Shown: positions 36,293 through 45,653 of the stretch, piece by piece
Position numbering within the stretch: the stretch's first letter is position 1
Layout: each line of letters opens with the position of its first letter
Made by a program: the position numbers and the translations under genes
Notes under the pieces: model-generated
What the model was told of the DNA's origin: nothing
What the model saw: the letters and a program-made list of their open reading frames with translations, nothing else
Databases searched by the model: none
NCBI GenBank assembly: GCA_035934315.1
Contig: DASYXZ010000090.1
Location: forward strand, 2,742-66,741
Source: Terriglobia bacterium
GTDB lineage: Bacteria > Acidobacteriota > Terriglobia > UBA7540
DNA: 64,000 nucleotides
Direction of reading: 5' to 3'

Positions 36293-39200
36293 TTAGAAAA
36301 TTAACTTAAGGGCCAACTGCCCGATTCTCGGACCACCGGCGCCATTGATGGTTCCAAAGCCAGAACCGTTTACGCTGGCGGTCGGATTATTGAAATTGAC
36401 GTGATTGAGGGCATTGAAAAACTCCGCGCGGAACTGGAGACTAACGCTTTCGCGCAGCGGAATATTCTTGAACAGACCCATGTCCCACGTGAATGAATTC
36501 GACCCTCTGAAGCTGTTCTTACCCAATGTCCCGAACGTCCCGACCGCGGGAAGAGCGAAGGCTGCGGGATTGAGATAGTTTACACAGGGGGCACGATTCG
36601 CACACGGCCCGGAAGCAAAGGGATTCACGCCCGCAACCTGCACCCCGCGGTCATGGCCCAGGCCGGTCAGTGACTGGTCCTTGCCAGCCGTGATCGTGAA
36701 CGGCCCGCCGGACTGCGCGGTCATAATCCCGCTATACTGCCAATTCCCGAGCACGCCTCTGGCAAGCCGGTTGGCGCCGGAAAGCGCCGGCAATGCCCAT
36801 ACGTAGGAAACCACAAGGCGATGCGTGTGATCGAAGCCGGACGGGCCATAGTCGAATTGATGCCGCCCCGGAAAGTACCAGGGCAAGGCGGAGGGCGAGT
36901 CCGCGCCAATGTCGTTGTTGCCGCCGCCCTGGGGAACATCGTCGAGGGCTTTGGAATAGGTGTAGGCGGCGGTGAGGCTCAGATGCTTCGCCAGGCGCTT
37001 TTTCAAGGTAACTTCAAGGGCGTTGAAGTTGGAGTTCGCGTCCTGGGCATCCATCGAGATCGAGCCATAATCAGGTGCAAACAGCCTTCGCGCATCCGTC
37101 CCAAGCTTGCTGCCGGGGATGTAGCTTGCCGGATCTAGCTCCATGGTTTCCTTTTGATGGCGAGACGCCGAACCCACGTAGGCGACTTGAAGCATCCAGT
37201 TGCTCGCGAACTCATGCTCCACAACCAGGTCCCACTGATACGTCACGGGGACCAGGTATTTTGTGGAAGGGTCGTAAGTAATGACCAGGTCCGGCAACGA
37301 GAATTGAGTATTGCTCGCGGGAGGGTAGGTGAACGGAAATGGATAATACCCTGTGTACCCATTGAGCGGATTGCTAAAAGGTCCTGGCGGCGGATTGAGG
37401 GAAACCTGCGGGCTGAAGGGCGAAATGTCCGCAAAGCGGTTGTTGATCACGCCCGCAGTTTGCGTATCGTAGAAGAGACCGGCGCCGCCACGAATGCTGG
37501 TTCTGCCATCGCCGGTCAGGTCATAAGCAAAGCCAGCGCGCGGCGCGAAATCCGTGTTATTGCCCCGCACCCCATCAAACGGGACGCCAGGGTCGCCCGG
37601 GAACAGCAGGCCAGGAGGCGCCTTAGGAAATTTTTGGGAGGTTACGCCGGCAGAGAAATTCGCGGGGCTGAACTGCTCCGCGCGGCCCTTAATTTCTTTC
37701 CACGGGGTGTAGGGTTCGTACCGTAACCCGTAATTGAGCGTCAGTCGCCGTGTGGCGTGGAAATTGTCGTTGAAGTAGAAACCCCAGAAATTGTTCCTAT
37801 TGTTCTTAAACTCGCCGTAGCCCTGCCGAAAATTACGCAGGTAGCCCAACAGGAAACTGGCAATCTGATTGTTCGTCACATCGGAAGTAAAGGTGAACGT
37901 ACCTTGCGCCAGAAATTGGTCACCCAGATCGACAGCCGAGTTGCCAAAACTCGCTCCCACGTCAATGTTGTGCCTGCCCACGACCCAGCTCAGATTGTCT
38001 TCGACACCGTAATTCTTGTTATTAAAAGGCCCCTTGGCCCCGCCGCTCACGGAGAAGGCGCCGTTGATACCGATGCTCTGAATCCAGGGCGTCGTGGGCA
38101 GCCACAGACCTGTAACTCCGAACGTTGCCACATTGGGCGAATTGTTTGCAAACGTCTTTGCAGTCGGCACATTCGAGAATGTGAAGCTGGCCTGGTTCAG
38201 CAGATTCGACCGGAAGGTGTGCGTCTCCTGAATCATCGCGTTGTTCACCGGTTGGTCATATCCGGGGCCGTAAGCCAAGAGGTCGCCAGCGGGATTCTGC
38301 GGCACAAGAACCACGTGGTCTTTGTACCATCTGCCGGTCAGGCTGTCCTTGTCGCCCAGCTTCTGGTCCACACGAAGGATCATTTCGTTCTGATTCTGCA
38401 CGGTGGGGTTGATGAAAAAGGCTTCGCCGACGCCGTTCTTTTGCGGAAGATAGTTTTCCGCCAGCTTGAGCGAGGCAGGATCGAAAGCACTGGTAGGAAT
38501 GATGTTGCCTGGAAAAGGCTTTCCGGGACCGGTTGTTCCGATCGAGTACGGGAACGGGTTCTTGATTTGCTCCGCTTTGCCGAAGGGATTATTGGGATTG
38601 GTGGCGCTGAGCAAGGCGGAGAAATCGCCATTCAACTCCGCGGTTGTCGGCACAAAGGCGTGCCCCGTGCTGGCATCGCGATATCTCGTGCCCTGGTACC
38701 CAAAAAAGAAAAAGGTGCGGTCGCGGCCGTTGTACAGGTGGGGAATAATGACCGGCCCTCCGAACGTCCCCCCAAATTGATTTCGTTTGATGACATCCCG
38801 GTTCGGCGAAAAGAAGTTACGGGCGTTAAAGACCGGATTGCGGACGTATTCAAATGCGTCGCCGTGAAACTGATTGGTCCCGCCCTTGGTCACCACGTTG
38901 ACCACACCCCCGGCGTTCCCACCGTAGCGGGAGCTGTAATCGTGTGTTTGCACGCTGAATTCCTGGAGCGCGTCCGGAAAGGGGAACGGAATGTTAACGT
39001 TGTAATACTGGTCCAGATAGTTCGCTCCGTCCAGCGAGTAGCTCGTTTGGTTGTCCCTGGAGCCGTTGATGTTGGCGTTGGTGGCTCCGGGCAGTTTGGA
39101 CTGGCCGGTGACGGTCTGCACCGAGACTCCGCTGGCTCCAGCCACCAGACTCATCAACTCTACAGCGTTGCGGCCGTTCAGAGGCAATTCCACCATCCGC

Positions 39201-39793
39201 TCCTCGCCCACGACATCACTTAAGGTTTGCGTGGTCGTATTCACGAGCGGTGCGCTTCCCGTGACGCTGACGGTCTGGATGCCGGACCCAAGTTGCAGCC
39301 GGATGTCAACGGTGGCCGACTGGTTGGCGAGCAGCGTGATGTTCTTCTGTACGAAATTCCCGAAGCCCTTGGCCTCGACCGCTAAGGTGTATTGAGTGGG
39401 GCGCAGGTTGGGGATGACGTACTGTCCGTTGGATTCCGAAACGACGCTCCGAGTGAAGCCTGTCCCTGTCTCGGTCGCCGTGACCTTGACCCCGGGGACA
39501 ACCGCGCCACTTGGATCGGTAACGTTTCCGCTGATGGTCCCGAAGGCCTGGCCATAGGCGGCCGGGGCGGCAAGCAACGAGAAGCCGACACACATGAGCG
39601 TCATCCCCATCACGACCCCGAGCAATCCGGTAGAGCAACGTTTCTGGCAGTTTCGAGATAGCTTCTCGTGCCTGACCGTATTCCCCGTCTGGCACGCTAT
39701 TGGATGAACGAGCCATCGGTCCGATATCTTGAGAAGGAATGACCTGGAAGCTATCGTGCCACCCCGTAGGATCCCGTTTGCTTGGGTTGTCAT
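36293..39793 (-). CDS. TonB-dependent outer-membrane receptor with carboxypeptidase-regulatory-like domain (receptor 3); start uncertain
   Basis: It has GNVTDPSGAVVPGVKVTATETGTGF..NGQYVIPNLRPTQYT and the plug segment LPLNGRNAVELMSLVAGA. The C-terminus is ..RIGQLALKLIF. ATG 39793 has a strong SD (AAGGAGG, 7-nt spacing) but puts about 60 residues in front of the signal-like segment MGMTLMCVGFSLLAAPAAYGQA. Internal ATGs at 39610, 39604 and 39595 are alternatives. Confidence 0.85.
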   Translation of the reverse strand: MTTQANGILRGGTIASRSFLLKISDRWLVHPIACQTGNTVRHEKLSRNCQKRCSTGLLGVVMGMTLMCVGFSLLAAPAAYGQAFGTISGNVTDPSGAVVPGVKVTATETGTGFTRSVVSESNGQYVIPNLRPTQYTLAVEAKGFGNFVQKNITLLANQSATVDIRLQLGSGIQTVSVTGSAPLVNTTTQTLSDVVGEERMVELPLNGRNAVELMSLVAGASGVSVQTVTGQSKLPGATNANINGSRDNQTSYSLDGANYLDQYYNVNIPFPFPDALQEFSVQTHDYSSRYGGNAGGVVNVVTKGGTNQFHGDAFEYVRNPVFNARNFFSPNRDVIKRNQFGGTFGGPVIIPHLYNGRDRTFFFFGYQGTRYRDASTGHAFVPTTAELNGDFSALLSATNPNNPFGKAEQIKNPFPYSIGTTGPGKPFPGNIIPTSAFDPASLKLAENYLPQKNGVGEAFFINPTVQNQNEMILRVDQKLGDKDSLTGRWYKDHVVLVPQNPAGDLLAYGPGYDQPVNNAMIQETHTFRSNLLNQASFTFSNVPTAKTFANNSPNVATFGVTGLWLPTTPWIQSIGINGAFSVSGGAKGPFNNKNYGVEDNLSWVVGRHNIDVGASFGNSAVDLGDQFLAQGTFTFTSDVTNNQIASFLLGYLRNFRQGYGEFKNNRNNFWGFYFNDNFHATRRLTLNYGLRYEPYTPWKEIKGRAEQFSPANFSAGVTSQKFPKAPPGLLFPGDPGVPFDGVRGNNTDFAPRAGFAYDLTGDGRTSIRGGAGLFYDTQTAGVINNRFADISPFSPQVSLNPPPGPFSNPLNGYTGYYPFPFTYPPASNTQFSLPDLVITYDPSTKYLVPVTYQWDLVVEHEFASNWMLQVAYVGSASRHQKETMELDPASYIPGSKLGTDARRLFAPDYGSISMDAQDANSNFNALEVTLKKRLAKHLSLTAAYTYSKALDDVPQGGGNNDIGADSPSALPWYFPGRHQFDYGPSGFDHTHRLVVSYVWALPALSGANRLARGVLGNWQYSGIMTAQSGGPFTITAGKDQSLTGLGHDRGVQVAGVNPFASGPCANRAPCVNYLNPAAFALPAVGTFGTLGKNSFRGSNSFTWDMGLFKNIPLRESVSLQFRAEFFNALNHVNFNNPTASVNGSGFGTINGAGGPRIGQLALKLIF

Positions 39794-40027
39794 AAAATAC
39801 CTCCTTGAATTTCGCTGCTGCCCCTGAAAAAAAGTGTCGGCATCTGTATTCCTTAACCATCCTTGCCCAAGTAAGCGCGCGTTCAGGCCCAATATCCGAC
39901 GCAGATTTGCAGTAGTCGCGCCCCCGTCAGAATTCTGTGAAACTCACTGGGGGTTGCGTCCAAGAGGTGCTCAGCCGCGGATCGCATTACGGTTGACCTT
40001 GAAAAGTTTGATTCCTTAATCCCGCCA

Positions 40028-40083
40028 AGCTTATCGAAATGAAGATCGCATTGTCAAGCACAAAATGATATGTTAGATATCAT
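40028..40083 (-). promoter_or_regulatory. Putative promoter of receptor 3 with a perfect palindrome ATGATAT-N5-ATATCAT upstream of the -35
   Basis: The minus sense reads ATGATATCTAACATATCAT-TTTGTGC-TTGACA-N18-TAAGCT. On the plus strand these elements are tgtcaa 40052-40057 and the palindrome 40065-40083. The TGATAT-to--35 phasing is the same as at receptors 1 and 2. Confidence 0.45.
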
Positions 40084-40185
40084 ATTCGAGGAAAGCCACC
40101 ATGAGATAGCTCTAGTCAACGTGAAGGATGAGCATCGCGTCTGAACTGGCTGGCCCCGGCTTTTTGCTGGTCCCCCTTGACGCGC

Positions 40186-41457
40186 CTACTGGTGAGTAAG
40201 AATTTGTTCGGTTCTGACAGGCTGGCATCGGCGAATCAGAAAGAGCAACCCGGCAAGAGATCCCAAAGGCAGGAAGGCGGCCACGGTGAAAACTGGAAAC
40301 CATGAAAAGTGATCGATGACAACGCCGGTAAAAAGCGTCATCCCCATGTTCACAACCCCCTCGCCCATGCCGGTGATCCCGGTGACGCGGGCGAGGGTTG
40401 GTTCCGGGAAGACGTCGGTGATGACGGCGATAACGTGGTTGGCCATAACGTTGGCGCCGAGAATGCCTAGACCGATCAGCAGCGTGGCTTGTAGAGTGGA
40501 TGGGCTCCAGGGAGCGAGAAAGGTGCAGATGGCCGCGAGCAATGCTCCGATCATGAATGTTGTCTTGCGAGCCCGATCCACCGTCCATTTTCGGTGGATC
40601 AGTAAACCTGAAAGCGAACCCCCTCCGATCTGGCCGAACCCGCCCATCAAATACGAAAGGCTGGCGAAGCCCGCCATGGTCTTCAGATTCAGTCCCCGAT
40701 CCCGAACCAGGAAAAGCGGAAGCCAGTACCAATAGAACTGCGTCAGCGGCCCGGAAAGTGAGCGCATGAGAATAACCCCCCAAGTCTCCCTTAAACGAAG
40801 AAGATTGCGCACGGTGATATTGGGGGATGAATGCGGGTTGTCCCCCGTTCGACGCGGCAGAGGTCCCCGTCGCGCGGAGTACAGCCAGGGAATAATCCAA
40901 ACCAAGCCCGCCACGCTGGGCAAAAAAAAGGCGTAACGCCAACCGAACCGGGCCGCAATATACACCACCAACGGCGGGGCAATCGCAGACCCGAGAAGGC
41001 TCCCGCTGTCAAAAATCCCAAGCGCCAGGGCGCGTTGCTCGACCGGGAAAATTTCTCCCACCGTCTTAACCCCCGCCGAGTAATTGCCGCACTCAAACAG
41101 CCCCATCAGAAAACGCAGTCCACTGAAGGAGGAAACGGTTTGCGCCCATGCCTGCGCCATGTTGTTGAACGACCACCCCGCAAAAATAACAGGAAGACCA
41201 AACCTTGATCCGACCCGGTCGATGAAGGTGCCGGCAGGGATCTGCCCCAGGGTCATCCCCAGCATGAAGGCAAAGACAATGTAGGAATATTCGGTGTTTG
41301 ACAGGTGCAACTGAGAAAGCAGAGTGGGAGCAACCGTGGCCAGAACCAGCCGGTCAATAAAGTTGATGGTCAGGCAAAGCGCGAGCAGAACTGCAATCCA
41401 CCATGCCCAGGGAGTGGCGGAGGACCCAATCGACTTGAAATTGTTTTCTTCCTGCAC
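40186..41457 (-). CDS. MFS transporter, anionic sugar (hexuronate ExuT-like / ACS family)
   Basis: 423 aa and 12-TM-like. The segments INFIDRLVLATVAPTL, GQIPAGTFIDRVGSRFG and GLFECGNYSAGVKTVGEIFPVEQRALALGIFDSG are typical of ExuT/ACS-family MFS. The start codon is GTG 41457. Confidence 0.8.
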   Translation of the reverse strand: MQEENNFKSIGSSATPWAWWIAVLLALCLTINFIDRLVLATVAPTLLSQLHLSNTEYSYIVFAFMLGMTLGQIPAGTFIDRVGSRFGLPVIFAGWSFNNMAQAWAQTVSSFSGLRFLMGLFECGNYSAGVKTVGEIFPVEQRALALGIFDSGSLLGSAIAPPLVVYIAARFGWRYAFFLPSVAGLVWIIPWLYSARRGPLPRRTGDNPHSSPNITVRNLLRLRETWGVILMRSLSGPLTQFYWYWLPLFLVRDRGLNLKTMAGFASLSYLMGGFGQIGGGSLSGLLIHRKWTVDRARKTTFMIGALLAAICTFLAPWSPSTLQATLLIGLGILGANVMANHVIAVITDVFPEPTLARVTGITGMGEGVVNMGMTLFTGVVIDHFSWFPVFTVAAFLPLGSLAGLLFLIRRCQPVRTEQILTHQ

Positions 41458-41487
41458 GTTAAGCCAATTCTCCGGTATGGATTGTAA

Positions 41488-41553
41488 GGCCGGGGCTTGC
41501 CCCGGCTATAGGATTATGTCCCCAGCGCAGGATGGCCGGGGCAAGTCCCCGCC
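41488..41553. repeat. Pair of GC-rich inverted motifs (GGCCGGGGCTTGCCCCGGC / GGCCGGGGCAAGTCCCCGCC) able to form a long hairpin in the MFS/GH3 divergent region
   Basis: Copy 1 at 41488-41506 is itself palindromic. Copy 2 at 41534-41553 is its near reverse complement, and the two are separated by about 27 nt. Confidence 0.4.
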
Positions 41554-41607
41554 TTCCAATCGCCGGAGCCAACGCCCGTCCAACTGAGGAAATAGATTCT
41601 CACGCAG

Positions 41608-41642
41608 TGTGATATGTTATATATTATTTTGCTCCCGTCAAG
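41608..41642. promoter_or_regulatory. TGATAT-type motif overlapping a candidate promoter in the divergent MFS / GH3 control region
   Basis: The plus strand reads TGTGATATGTTATATATTAT (41608-41627). The minus sense reads TTGACG-N16-TAACAT, with ATATCA falling at the -10 region of the MFS-directed promoter. On the plus strand, TAGAAT at about 41653-41658 could serve GH3. Confidence 0.35.
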
Positions 41643-41726
41643 GATTTTCAATGTAGAATGTCGTTGCGAGGTAGAAAGTTCCTTTCGGGACAAAGCAACA
41701 AGTGCGGGTATTTATAGGAGGCATTC

Positions 41727-44087
41727 ATGACACGACGTGAATTTGCGTCAACACTCACCGGGGCTGGCATCCTTGTGTCCAAACTCGGGACTGAATCCGG
41801 GGAAGCCAGTGAGGGAATGGAGCAGAAGAACGGAGAAGGCGCGCCGGGACCCGCGAGCGATGCGGGCGTGGATTACAGAAATCCGAAGCTCCCCATCGAA
41901 CAACGAACGGCAGATTTATTGAGCCGGATGACGCTGGAAGAAAAAGTGGAGCAGTTGAGGGGCGGGAAAACATCGAGCTACGGCATTCTCGACACCACGG
42001 GAAAATTCACGGAAAAGGATATCCGCGGAAATTTCAGGCAGATTTACGACATGCACTCACGCCGGAGCCCTCATGACCAGGCGGTGTATCGGAACGCCTT
42101 GCAACGATACGCAGTGGAAAAGACGCGCCTCGGCATCCCGCAAATCTTCCAGGACGAGGCGCTCCACGGCTACACGGCAGAGAACGCAACCAGCTTTCCG
42201 CAGGCGATTGCCTTGGGGAGCACTTGGGACCCCGACCTGGTTCAGAGGGTGTTCACAGCCACCGGGGACGAGGCGGCCTCGGCGGGCATCAACCAGGTTT
42301 TTGCTCCGGTTATCAACCTGGCGCGCGACCCGCGCTGGGGCCGCACTGAAGAAACCTATGGCGAGGATCCTTATTTATGCGCCCGCATCGGTGTGGCCGC
42401 CATCAAGGGGTTGCAGAGCGGGAATTTTATGATTGACCGGCACCATGTGCTGGCCACCGCAAAACACTTTGCCGCACTGGGCGAGTCGTACGGTGGCCGC
42501 AACACGGCCCCGGCGAATTGGTCCGAGCGCGACCTGCGGGAAGTCTTCCTTGTTCCGTTTCGAGCGGCGGTCCAGGAAGCCCAGGTGGGAAGTGTGATGG
42601 CCGCCTATAACGAGATCAATGGCGGCATCCCCTGCCATATAAATACTTGGCTCTTGGGAGACATTCTGCGCGGGGAATGGGGATTCCGTGGCTACGTCAC
42701 CTCAGACGGCGCGGGGCTCGAGATGCTTGTCGACAAGCACCATGTCGCCACCGACTTCGCCGGGGCGGCGCCCATGGCGCTGGCGGCGGGCCTCGATTAC
42801 GACCGCTCAGGAGGCGCAGTCTATGTCAATTTGTTGGACCAGGTGCGCGCGGGCAAGGTTCCGGAAAGCCAAATCGATCGAGCCGTGTCTTGTATTCTGG
42901 CGACGAAGTTCCGGCTCGGGCTATTCGATAATCCCTACGTGGACCCCGACTACGCGCAGCGAATCACCAACTGCGAAGAACATCGGAAGCTGGCGCTTGA
43001 AACCGCGCAGAAATCCATTGTGCTACTGAAGAACGAAGGCAACCTACTGCCCCTCGATTTGAAGAAACTCAAGACCATCGCAGTGATCAGCCCGGACGCG
43101 GGCGACGCGCACCTGGGTGGCTATAGCCGTCCACCCGCGAGCGGTGATGTCAGCCTCCTGCAAGGGATCCGCGAACGCGCCGGATCGTCAGTCCAGGTGG
43201 TTTACGCCCAAGGCTGCAAGATCACCACCGGCACCCGGGGTAACGTAACGCTTCCAAATCCCAACGCCCAAGTTGAAAGCATCCGCGCCGCAACCGAAGT
43301 CGCCCGCAAGGCGGATGTGGCGATTCTGGTTGTGGGAGGCAATGAAGCTACGTGTCATGAGGCGAGCGACCGAAATCCGGGCGACCGTGATTCGCTCGAC
43401 ATGGCGGGCATGCAAGATCAACTGATCCAGTCGGTGGTTGATACCGAAACTCCGACGGTGGTGTTTCTGATTAACGGTCGTCCGCTCTCCATCAACTACG
43501 CGGCCGAACACGTGCCGGCCATCCTGGAAGGTTGGTACCTCGGGCAGGAGGGCGGCACAGCAGCGGCTCAAGTGCTATTCGGTGACGTCAACCCGGGCGG
43601 AAAGTTGACGATCACCTTTCCACGCTCCGTGGGCGACTTGCCGGCATACTACTATCATAAGCCTTCGGCCGAGGTGCCTTATCTGTTCAAGAAGCCGGGC
43701 CCGCTCTTCCCTTTTGGCCACGGCCTGAGCTATACCACCTTCAAGTTTTCCAACCTTAAACTATCGGCTGCTCGGATTGCTCCCGAAGGCGAGACTACCG
43801 TCAGCGTGGATGTGATCAACACGGGCTCGCGCGAAGGCGACGAGGTCGCGCAACTCTACATCCGCGACCAGGTGAGTAGCGTGACGCGGCCGGTGAAGGA
43901 ACTGAAAGGTTTCCGACGCGTCCACCTGAAGCCGGGCGAAACCGTGACGGTCCGATTCAAGCTGACGCCCGCCGAACTCGGCTTTTACAACGTGGACATG
44001 CATTGGGTTGTCGAGTCCGGCACGTTCGACATCATGGTCGGGTCGAGTTCCGTGGAGACGATCAGCACATTACTGGAGGTCGTTTAG
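41727..44087 (+). CDS. GH3 beta-glucosidase/beta-xylosidase-like exo-glycosidase (BglX-like), exported
   Basis: 786 aa. It has MTRREFASTLTGAGILV, NLARDPRWGRTEETYGEDP, KHFAALGESYGG, the nucleophile region GFRGYVTSDGAG and a C-terminal fibronectin-like domain (VSVDVINTGSREGDEVAQLYIRD). AGGAGG lies upstream of the ATG. Confidence 0.9.
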   Translation: MTRREFASTLTGAGILVSKLGTESGEASEGMEQKNGEGAPGPASDAGVDYRNPKLPIEQRTADLLSRMTLEEKVEQLRGGKTSSYGILDTTGKFTEKDIRGNFRQIYDMHSRRSPHDQAVYRNALQRYAVEKTRLGIPQIFQDEALHGYTAENATSFPQAIALGSTWDPDLVQRVFTATGDEAASAGINQVFAPVINLARDPRWGRTEETYGEDPYLCARIGVAAIKGLQSGNFMIDRHHVLATAKHFAALGESYGGRNTAPANWSERDLREVFLVPFRAAVQEAQVGSVMAAYNEINGGIPCHINTWLLGDILRGEWGFRGYVTSDGAGLEMLVDKHHVATDFAGAAPMALAAGLDYDRSGGAVYVNLLDQVRAGKVPESQIDRAVSCILATKFRLGLFDNPYVDPDYAQRITNCEEHRKLALETAQKSIVLLKNEGNLLPLDLKKLKTIAVISPDAGDAHLGGYSRPPASGDVSLLQGIRERAGSSVQVVYAQGCKITTGTRGNVTLPNPNAQVESIRAATEVARKADVAILVVGGNEATCHEASDRNPGDRDSLDMAGMQDQLIQSVVDTETPTVVFLINGRPLSINYAAEHVPAILEGWYLGQEGGTAAAQVLFGDVNPGGKLTITFPRSVGDLPAYYYHKPSAEVPYLFKKPGPLFPFGHGLSYTTFKFSNLKLSAARIAPEGETTVSVDVINTGSREGDEVAQLYIRDQVSSVTRPVKELKGFRRVHLKPGETVTVRFKLTPAELGFYNVDMHWVVESGTFDIMVGSSSVETISTLLEVV

Positions 44088-44312
44088 AAATTACCCGAGT
44101 GTCCCGGAAAAAACCGCTCCAGCAATAGTGGCGTTTCCAAATATGAGTTGGCGCGGAGTTACCTTTGGTAGAGTTTCAGAGGCAGAGAGACGGAAGTCGA
44201 GCGAGAGAGGCGGATGGGACGCCTGGTTCGAGCCGGTGAGATCGAGAAAGCGTAAAAGCCCGGCGATTATGGCGCCAACCGAGTCTTGGCCAGGGATAAA
44301 ATCTGCCTTCCG

Positions 44313-45566
44313 CTATTTTGAGACCAATGCAAGTGCCCGACCGCCATTCCGGAGTGATTGTTCCGCCGCGAGCGAGATACGGATTGCTTCGCGCCCGACC
44401 TCTCCGCTCGAAAACGGCTGTTCGCCAGTAGTCATTGAATGAAGAAAGGTCTTATGCACGCGATAGGTTGACATTTCCATGTCGCACGCCATTGAGTCCC
44501 AGTGGGGATGCTTTTTCTTGAGATCCGTCCAAACGCCCTTTTCGGCAGGCTCAAAGTAGGGAACAGCGATTCGCCCGGCTTTCCCCTTGTATGGGGTGAT
44601 GACCACGCCTCCATCCTCAGTTCCCCACTCGGGAATCATTTCGCCCTGCGCGCCATAAAAACGCATGACCAATCCATCATTAACACCGGGCGTAAATAAA
44701 CTGAAACCGAAAATGCAGCGAGCCTTGTTTAGAAACTCGATGAGGAGTTCGGCGTTGTCAATGGTCTCTCGGTCGACGAAGACATTATTGCCGCCTTGAG
44801 CGTCAATGCGAGAAGGCTCAGCGCCGACCAGCCAGTGGATAACGTCGAGCTCGTGGATTCCATCTTCTAGCAGCGAGCCGCCCGTCGTAAAGTTGAGAAG
44901 CCGCCAATTGGTTAGCTTGCCTGTGTTAGGATCCGTATACTTCCAGCTCTTGGGATTCCAATCGCCGCGAAACAGCGCGGCATACACGATCTCTACTTTT
45001 CCAATGGGGCCCTGGCGGATCAGGTCCGCCATGCGGTGGAAGACAGGCGAGTATCGCCACTCGAAGCCTACTTGCAATATGCGCTGGGTCTGGGCGGCGG
45101 TCTCGATCATGCGGGCCGCATCCGCCAGATCGGTGGCCACCGGCTTTTCAGTCAAAACATGCTTCCCGGCCTTCAGCGCGTCTGTCGCCACTTGCGCATG
45201 CAAGAAATTGGGGACCACCACCACAACGGCGTCCAGGTCCGGATGGGCGGCCAGCATGCGACGATAATCACTGTACCCGGCAGGTTTCCCTCCACAGATT
45301 TTCAAGCCTTCATGTAAGTTTTCGGAAGTAATGTCGCACAGGGCGACGATCTCCACCTCGGGGAGATAGTCGCGGAGAATGGGCAGATGACTCCCTCGCG
45401 CTCGAGCCCCGGTCCCGACCACACCGTATCGCCATCTTCGTGGCTTTCCTGATTGCGTCGTTGTCCCCCGTGCGAGCTCCGGCGCCATGATCATTAAGCC
45501 CGCTGCGGTAGCAGCCTTGTCCATAAATTCTCTTCGCCCCAACTTATTCCCGGAACCCTCGCTCAT
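44313..45566 (-). CDS. Gfo/Idh/MocA-family NAD(P)-dependent oxidoreductase, Tat-exported (copy 1)
   Basis: It begins MSEGSGNKLGRREFMDKAATAAGLMIMAPELARG (Tat). It has the Rossmann segment YGVVGTGARARGSHL and the segment GKHVLTEKPVAT. GGGAGGAAG lies upstream of ATG 45566. It is a paralogue of 48181-49389. Confidence 0.85.
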   Translation of the reverse strand: MSEGSGNKLGRREFMDKAATAAGLMIMAPELARGTTTQSGKPRRWRYGVVGTGARARGSHLPILRDYLPEVEIVALCDITSENLHEGLKICGGKPAGYSDYRRMLAAHPDLDAVVVVVPNFLHAQVATDALKAGKHVLTEKPVATDLADAARMIETAAQTQRILQVGFEWRYSPVFHRMADLIRQGPIGKVEIVYAALFRGDWNPKSWKYTDPNTGKLTNWRLLNFTTGGSLLEDGIHELDVIHWLVGAEPSRIDAQGGNNVFVDRETIDNAELLIEFLNKARCIFGFSLFTPGVNDGLVMRFYGAQGEMIPEWGTEDGGVVITPYKGKAGRIAVPYFEPAEKGVWTDLKKKHPHWDSMACDMEMSTYRVHKTFLHSMTTGEQPFSSGEVGREAIRISLAAEQSLRNGGRALALVSK

Positions 45567-45653
45567 TGTCTTCCTCCCTATAAATGCTCGATCCATTCTC
45601 AACGGCGGTGACGCAGGCCTGAGACTCGATTAGTCTTTTCGGAGAATCCCTCG

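Noticed and set aside
44150-44260. A tRNA-like T-loop string GGTTCGAGCC (44225-44234) and a TTGGTAGAG D-loop-like string in the GH3/Gfo convergent spacer.
   Set aside because: I could not fold a cloverleaf. There is no complementary 7-bp acceptor stem, and the T stem is only 4 bp with a 6-nt loop. It is most likely chance or, at best, a highly degraded remnant.
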